Below, in pieces: positions 59,011-64,000 of a stretch of DNA of 64,000 nt. The stretch lies in sequence record SRR31156797_6890. The stretch is one strand, 5' to 3'. Each line of letters opens with the position of its first letter. Position 1 is the stretch's first letter. Made by a program: the position numbers and the translations under genes. Under the pieces are notes generated by a model that searched no databases, was not told the DNA's origin, and saw nothing but the letters and a program-made list of their open reading frames with translations.

Positions 59011-60675
59011 ATGCGTTCAAAAAGATTTGAAGCACTGGCAAAACGCCCAGTTAACCAAGATGGATTTGTAAAAGATTGGATCGAAGAAGGCTTTATTGCA
59101 ATGGAAAGCCCAAATGATCCAACACCGTCAATTAAGATAGTCAACGGTAAAGTCGTTGAATTAGATGGTAAACCCGAATCTGAATTCGATTTAATCGACC
59201 AATATATTGCACGTTACGGTATCAACTTAGCTAACGCTGAAAAAGCAATGGCGATGGATTCTGTCAAAGTCGCAAACATGCTTTGTGACCCGAATGTGAA
59301 ACGCGACGAAATCATTCCATTAACCACAGCGATGACTCCGGCAAAAATCGTTGAAGTCATGGGACACATGAATGTGGTTGAAATGATGATGTCGATGCAG
59401 AAAATGCGCGCTCGTCGTACTCCTTCACAACAAGCCCACGTCACCAACGTACGCGATAACCCAGTACAAATTGCCGCTGATGCTGCAGAAGGCGCACTGC
59501 GTGGATTTGACGAACAAGAAACAACGGTGGCTGTTGCTCGTTACGCTCCATTTAATGCCATTTCACTACTGATTGGTTCACAAGTTGGCCGTCCGGGTGT
59601 TTTAACTCAGTGTTCTTTGGAAGAAGCCACAGAGCTAAAACTTGGTATGTTAGGCCACACCTGTTACGCGGAAACTATCTCTGTTTACGGTACTGAAAAC
59701 GTATTTACAGACGGTGATGATACGCCTTGGTCTAAAGGCTTCCTTGCATCTTCTTACGCATCTCGCGGTTTGAAAATGCGCTTTACTTCAGGCTCAGGCT
59801 CAGAAGTACAGATGGGCTATGCTGAAGGTAAATCAATGCTTTACCTTGAAGCGCGTTGTATCTACATCACTAAAGGTGCTGGTGTTCAAGGCCTGCAAAA
59901 CGGCTCAGTAAGCTGTATTGGTGTACCGTCAGCTGTACCTTCAGGTATTCGTGCTGTACTTGCAGAAAACTTAATCTGTGCAGCACTTGACCTTGAATGT
60001 GCATCAAGTAACGACCAAACGTTTACTCACTCAGACATGCGCCGTACTGCACGTATGTTGATGCAATTCTTGCCTGGTACTGACTTCATTTCATCGGGTT
60101 ACTCAGCAACACCGAACTACGACAACATGTTCGCGGGTTCCAACGAAGACGCAGAAGACTTTGACGATTACAACGTCATTCAACGTGACTTGAAAGTTGA
60201 TGGCGGTCTACGTCCGGTTCGTGAAGAAGAAGTGGTTGCTGTTCGTAATAAAGCGGCTCGAGCAATGCAGGCGGTATTCGCTGGACTTGGCTTCCCTGTC
60301 ATTACTGACGAAGAAGTGACGGCTGCGACTTACGCTCACGGTTCGAAAGACATGCCAGAACGTAACGTGGTTGAAGACATCAAAGCTGCTCAAGAAGTCA
60401 TTGAGAAAAACCTAAGTGGTTTGGATGTCGTGAAAGCACTGGCGAAAGGCGGCTTCGAAGATATCGCAACCGATATGCTGAATATTCAAAAAGCGAAAAT
60501 ATCAGGCGACTACTTACATACATCAGCGATTATTGTCGGCGACGGACAAGTTCTGTCAGCGGTCAATGACGTCAACGATTATGCAGGTCCAGCGACTGGT
60601 TATCGTGTACAGGGCGAACGTTGGGAAGAAATTAAGAACATTCCTAATGCCCTTGATCCTCAAGATCTTGGATAA
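59011..60675 (+). CDS. pduC: AdoCbl-dependent diol dehydratase large subunit
   Basis: MRSKRFEALAKRPVNQDGFV, 554 aa. Confidence 0.97.
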   Translation: MRSKRFEALAKRPVNQDGFVKDWIEEGFIAMESPNDPTPSIKIVNGKVVELDGKPESEFDLIDQYIARYGINLANAEKAMAMDSVKVANMLCDPNVKRDEIIPLTTAMTPAKIVEVMGHMNVVEMMMSMQKMRARRTPSQQAHVTNVRDNPVQIAADAAEGALRGFDEQETTVAVARYAPFNAISLLIGSQVGRPGVLTQCSLEEATELKLGMLGHTCYAETISVYGTENVFTDGDDTPWSKGFLASSYASRGLKMRFTSGSGSEVQMGYAEGKSMLYLEARCIYITKGAGVQGLQNGSVSCIGVPSAVPSGIRAVLAENLICAALDLECASSNDQTFTHSDMRRTARMLMQFLPGTDFISSGYSATPNYDNMFAGSNEDAEDFDDYNVIQRDLKVDGGLRPVREEEVVAVRNKAARAMQAVFAGLGFPVITDEEVTAATYAHGSKDMPERNVVEDIKAAQEVIEKNLSGLDVVKALAKGGFEDIATDMLNIQKAKISGDYLHTSAIIVGDGQVLSAVNDVNDYAGPATGYRVQGERWEEIKNIPNALDPQDLG

Positions 60676-60687
60676 GGAAGGCAAAAG

Positions 60688-61347
60688 ATGGTTGATATCA
60701 ATGAAACACTGTTACGTCAGATCGTTGAAGACGTACTAAAAGAAATGCAAGGCGCTGATAAGCCCGTTTCTTTTGCTAAATCTGCTCCAGCAACTGGAAA
60801 TGAAGCTTCATTCTTACGTGAATTAGGAACAGCAAAACAAGGCGGCAGCAAAGACGAAGTGGTTATCGCGGTTGGTCCTGCGTTTGGTTTAAGCCAGACC
60901 ACCAACATGATTGGCACTCCGCATAAAGCGATCATTCGTGAGCTTAAAGCGGGTATCGAAGAAGAAGGTCTAAAAGCGCGTGTTGTTCGTTGCTTCAAGT
61001 CTTCAGACGTTGCGTTTATTGCTGTTGAAGGTGACCGTTTGAGTGGATCTGGCATCGCGATTGGCATCCAGTCTAAAGGCACAACCGTAATCCACCAGGA
61101 CGGCCTACCACCACTTTCAAACTTAGAGTTATTCCCACAAGCACCACTGTTGACGCTTGAAACATATCGTCACATCGGGAAAAACGCGGCTAAGTATGCG
61201 AAAGGTGAATCGCCACAACCTGTTCCAACACTGAACGACCAAATGGCGCGTCCTAAGTACCAGGCAAAATCTGCGGTATTGCACATCAAAGAAACAAAAC
61301 ATGTTGTGCAAGGCAAGGTTGCTGTGGAACTTGAGGTCCTAGATTAA
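60688..61347 (+). CDS. pduD: Diol dehydratase medium subunit
   Basis: N-terminal encapsulation helix [34 protein letters not shown]. Confidence 0.95.
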   Translation: MVDINETLLRQIVEDVLKEMQGADKPVSFAKSAPATGNEASFLRELGTAKQGGSKDEVVIAVGPAFGLSQTTNMIGTPHKAIIRELKAGIEEEGLKARVVRCFKSSDVAFIAVEGDRLSGSGIAIGIQSKGTTVIHQDGLPPLSNLELFPQAPLLTLETYRHIGKNAAKYAKGESPQPVPTLNDQMARPKYQAKSAVLHIKETKHVVQGKVAVELEVLD

Positions 61348-61361
61348 CGAAAGGAAATGTT

Positions 61362-61886
61362 ATGAATTCTGAATCTATCGAATCCTTAGTTCGCGACGTG
61401 TTGTACAAGATGAGCAATGCAGATGCATCTGCTGCACCAACACCAGCACCAAGCGCGGCTAAGTCAAACAGTTCAGTCAGCGTTGAAGATTATCCTCTAG
61501 CGAACAAACACCCTGACTGGGTGAAAACCAGCACAGGAAAAACACTAGACGATATCACACTGGCGAACGTACTAAACGACAGCGTTAAAGATGCTGATAT
61601 GCGTATCACTCCTGAAATCCTACGAATTCAGGCAGATATTGCACGCAGTGCTGGCCGTGAACGCTTAGCGGTGAATTTTGAACGCGCAGCAGAACTCACA
61701 GCCGTGCCGGATGACCGCGTACTTGAGATCTATAACGCTCTGCGTCCGTATCGTTCATCCAAAGAAGAGCTGATCGCTATTTCTGAGGAACTGAAAACGA
61801 AATACAACGCAACGATCTGTTCAGCGTATGTTCGCGAAGCAGCAGAAATGTACACAGAGCGTAAGAAACTCAAAGGCGACGATTAA
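61362..61886 (+). CDS. pduE: Diol dehydratase small subunit
   Basis: IESLVRDVL N-terminal helix, DYPLANKHP, YNALRPYRS, KKLKGDD. Confidence 0.95.
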   Translation: MNSESIESLVRDVLYKMSNADASAAPTPAPSAAKSNSSVSVEDYPLANKHPDWVKTSTGKTLDDITLANVLNDSVKDADMRITPEILRIQADIARSAGRERLAVNFERAAELTAVPDDRVLEIYNALRPYRSSKEELIAISEELKTKYNATICSAYVREAAEMYTERKKLKGDD

Positions 61887-61927
61887 TCTGAAGGTGCAGT
61901 CGAAGTTGAAGTTAAAGGAGTATGGTG

Positions 61928-63760
61928 ATGGCGTATATAGTAGGTATTGATATCGGTAACTCTTCTACCGAAGTTGCACTGGCAAAACAAGAAGCCGGGG
62001 AAACTCGCTTTGTTGCAAGCGCAATTACGGAGACGACCGGTATTAAAGGCACCAAACGTAATTTGTTTGGTATCTACACCGCGCTTGACCTAGTAGTTGA
62101 AAAAGCCAATCTGACCCGTGACGACATTGATATCATCCGCATCAATGAAGCGACACCGGTTATTGGTGACGTAGCGATGGAAACCATCACGGAAACCATC
62201 ATTACAGAGTCAACAATGATTGGACACAACCCAAAAACACCCGGTGGTCTGGGACTTGGGGTTGGCATCACCATCACCTTTAACGACTTACTTCATTGTG
62301 ACAAAAGTAAGCCTTATATACTCGTCGCACCTGGCGAGTTAGATTTCGCAGATATTGCTGCCATGATTAATGCCGCTTTACAGGCTGGCTATAAAATTGA
62401 AGCAGCGATCCTGCAAAAAGATGATGGCGTGTTAGTAAATAACCGCCTCAATAAAATCCTGCCGATTGTCGACGAAGTAAAGTACATCGACAGAATTCCT
62501 CTCGGAATGCCAGCAGCTGTAGAAGTTGCCATGCCCGGTCAGGTGATCTCTACCCTATCCAACCCTTACGGTATTGCAACCGTATTTGAGTTGGATGCTG
62601 ACGAAACCAAGAACGTCGTGCCTGTTGCCCGCGCTCTAATTGGTACACGTTCAGCGGTTGTGGTAAAAACACCTGAAGGTGATGTCAAAGCACGTACCAT
62701 TCCAGCTGGGCATCTCACCTTATATTCGGAAGGCAGAACCACCACTGTCGATGTTGCTCAAGGCAGCGAAAAAATCATGCAGGCGGTGTCAGCGTGCAAA
62801 TCACTCGACAATGTGACTGGCGAAGCCGGTAGCAACATTGGTGGTATGTTAGAAAATGTTCGCCAAACCATGGCTGAACTGACCAACAAACCAAGCACAG
62901 AAATTTACATTCAGGACCTGTTAGCCGTCGACACTATGGTACCGATTAACGTGACGGGAGGCTTAGCTGGCGAGTTTTCTTTAGAGCATGCGGTGGGTAT
63001 TGCATCCATGGTGAAATCTGATCACCTACAGATGGCACGAATCGCTGAAGAGATTCACGGTACGCTGAATGTAAAAGTTCAAATTGGTGGGGCTGAGGCG
63101 GAAGCCGCTATATTAGGTGCGTTAACCACTCCGGGCACTCAAACGCCGCTTGCCATTCTGGATTTAGGCGCAGGTTCTACTGACGCATCCATCATTGACG
63201 GTCAAGGTCGTATGACCGCAATACACCTTGCGGGCGCAGGTGATATGGTCACTATGATCATCGCGTCAGAACTCGGGCTAGACGACACTTACTTGGCAGA
63301 AGATATTAAGAAGTACCCTCTTGCTAAAGTAGAAAGCTTGTTCCATTTACGCCACGAAGATGGCTCGGTTCAATTCTTTGATAAACCGCTGCCAAGCGAC
63401 ATATTTGCTCGAGTCGTGGTGGTGAAAGAGTCAGGATTTATCCCGTTAGGTGGAGAAGAATCCATTGAAAAAGTACGCATGATCAGACGTACGGCGAAAC
63501 AGCGGGTATTTGTCACCAACGCACTCCGTGCGCTACGGGCAGTCAGCCCTACCGGAAACATTAGAGATATACCTTTTGTTGTCCTTGTCGGTGGCTCTTC
63601 GCTTGATTTCGAAGTTCCACAATTAGTCACAGATGCTTTATCACACTACAACCTGGTTGCGGGTCGCGGTAACGTTCGCGGGACCGAAGGCCCTCGTAAC
63701 GCCGTCGCAACTGGATTGATCCTTTCCTACCACAATAGCAAAGGAGCATCAGATGCATAA
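61928..63760 (+). CDS. pduG: Diol dehydratase reactivase alpha subunit
   Basis: GIDIGNSSTEVA, DLGAGSTDAS, EGPRNAVATG; ATG 61928 best spaced from AAGGAG. Confidence 0.95.
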   Translation: MAYIVGIDIGNSSTEVALAKQEAGETRFVASAITETTGIKGTKRNLFGIYTALDLVVEKANLTRDDIDIIRINEATPVIGDVAMETITETIITESTMIGHNPKTPGGLGLGVGITITFNDLLHCDKSKPYILVAPGELDFADIAAMINAALQAGYKIEAAILQKDDGVLVNNRLNKILPIVDEVKYIDRIPLGMPAAVEVAMPGQVISTLSNPYGIATVFELDADETKNVVPVARALIGTRSAVVVKTPEGDVKARTIPAGHLTLYSEGRTTTVDVAQGSEKIMQAVSACKSLDNVTGEAGSNIGGMLENVRQTMAELTNKPSTEIYIQDLLAVDTMVPINVTGGLAGEFSLEHAVGIASMVKSDHLQMARIAEEIHGTLNVKVQIGGAEAEAAILGALTTPGTQTPLAILDLGAGSTDASIIDGQGRMTAIHLAGAGDMVTMIIASELGLDDTYLAEDIKKYPLAKVESLFHLRHEDGSVQFFDKPLPSDIFARVVVVKESGFIPLGGEESIEKVRMIRRTAKQRVFVTNALRALRAVSPTGNIRDIPFVVLVGGSSLDFEVPQLVTDALSHYNLVAGRGNVRGTEGPRNAVATGLILSYHNSKGASDA

Positions 63761-64000
63761 TCAATTACAAGAAATACCGGCGATTCTGGTTTATCTGGAT
63801 CAAGCGGAAAACGAACAGCTCAATCAGATGTTTTGGGGAATGGAAGAAGAAGGTATTCCATTCAAAACAACTGAAGCCAGAATTACTGACATAAAACAAG
63901 AAGCACATAAAGCAGCATCCCTTTCACCTCTTGCTGTAGGGATTGCATGCACCAATCAGGAAATCGTTGTGCACTCGCGCAACTTAACGCCTGAAACCCC
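63753..64000 (+). CDS. pduH: Diol dehydratase reactivase beta subunit, truncated by the window end
   Basis: Manual translation MHNQLQEIPAIL...WGMEEEGIPF...SPLAVGIAC...VHSRNL; AAGGAG RBS; not in the ORF track. Confidence 0.88.
   Translation, partial: MHNQLQEIPAILVYLDQAENEQLNQMFWGMEEEGIPFKTTEARITDIKQEAHKAASLSPLAVGIACTNQEIVVHSRNLTPET

Noticed and set aside
59011-61886. Calling the dehydratase a DhaB glycerol dehydratase because gldA is nearby
   Set aside because: N-terminal encapsulation extensions and the pduA/pduB context indicate Pdu diol dehydratase.

Overview
Bacterial chromosomal DNA, most likely from a Vibrio; this is inferred from the ttpB2-ttpC2-exbB2-exbD2-tonB2-ttpD2 cluster, the ribC/norM pair, the GntR-prpBC-acnD-prpFE operon and Vibrio-type ERIC repeats. 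The species cannot be fixed from the sequence alone. 1-33.6 kb is core-like: riboflavin synthase, MATE pump, patatin, ferric-siderophore reductase, TonB2 system, an atypical LDH/MDH-family enzyme, ugpBAEC-DeoR-ugpQ, YjgK/YhcH family, dps, M20 peptidase, NUDIX-PAP2 fusion, GNAT, MarR-EmrAB and the 2-methylcitrate operon. 33.8-37.4 kb is a small accessory patch: EAL protein, 64-aa small protein, GH51 arabinofuranosidase and a small membrane protein. 37.4-64 kb is an enteric-type cob/pdu island: cbiABCDETFGHJKLMNQOP-cobS-cobT behind a cobalamin riboswitch, then pocR, gldA, pduF and pduABCDEGH running off the window edge. The main departures from the Salmonella-type locus are a glycerol dehydrogenase gene inserted between pduF and pocR and a clean absence of cobU. 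Other notable items: a shared candidate PocR motif, ERIC-derived hairpins in three consecutive prp spacers (one supplies a stop codon), and a small ORF with stacked FNR/CRP/KdgR-like sites. I saw no CRISPR, integrase, IS, rRNA or tRNA. All product calls come from motif recognition, not database searches.
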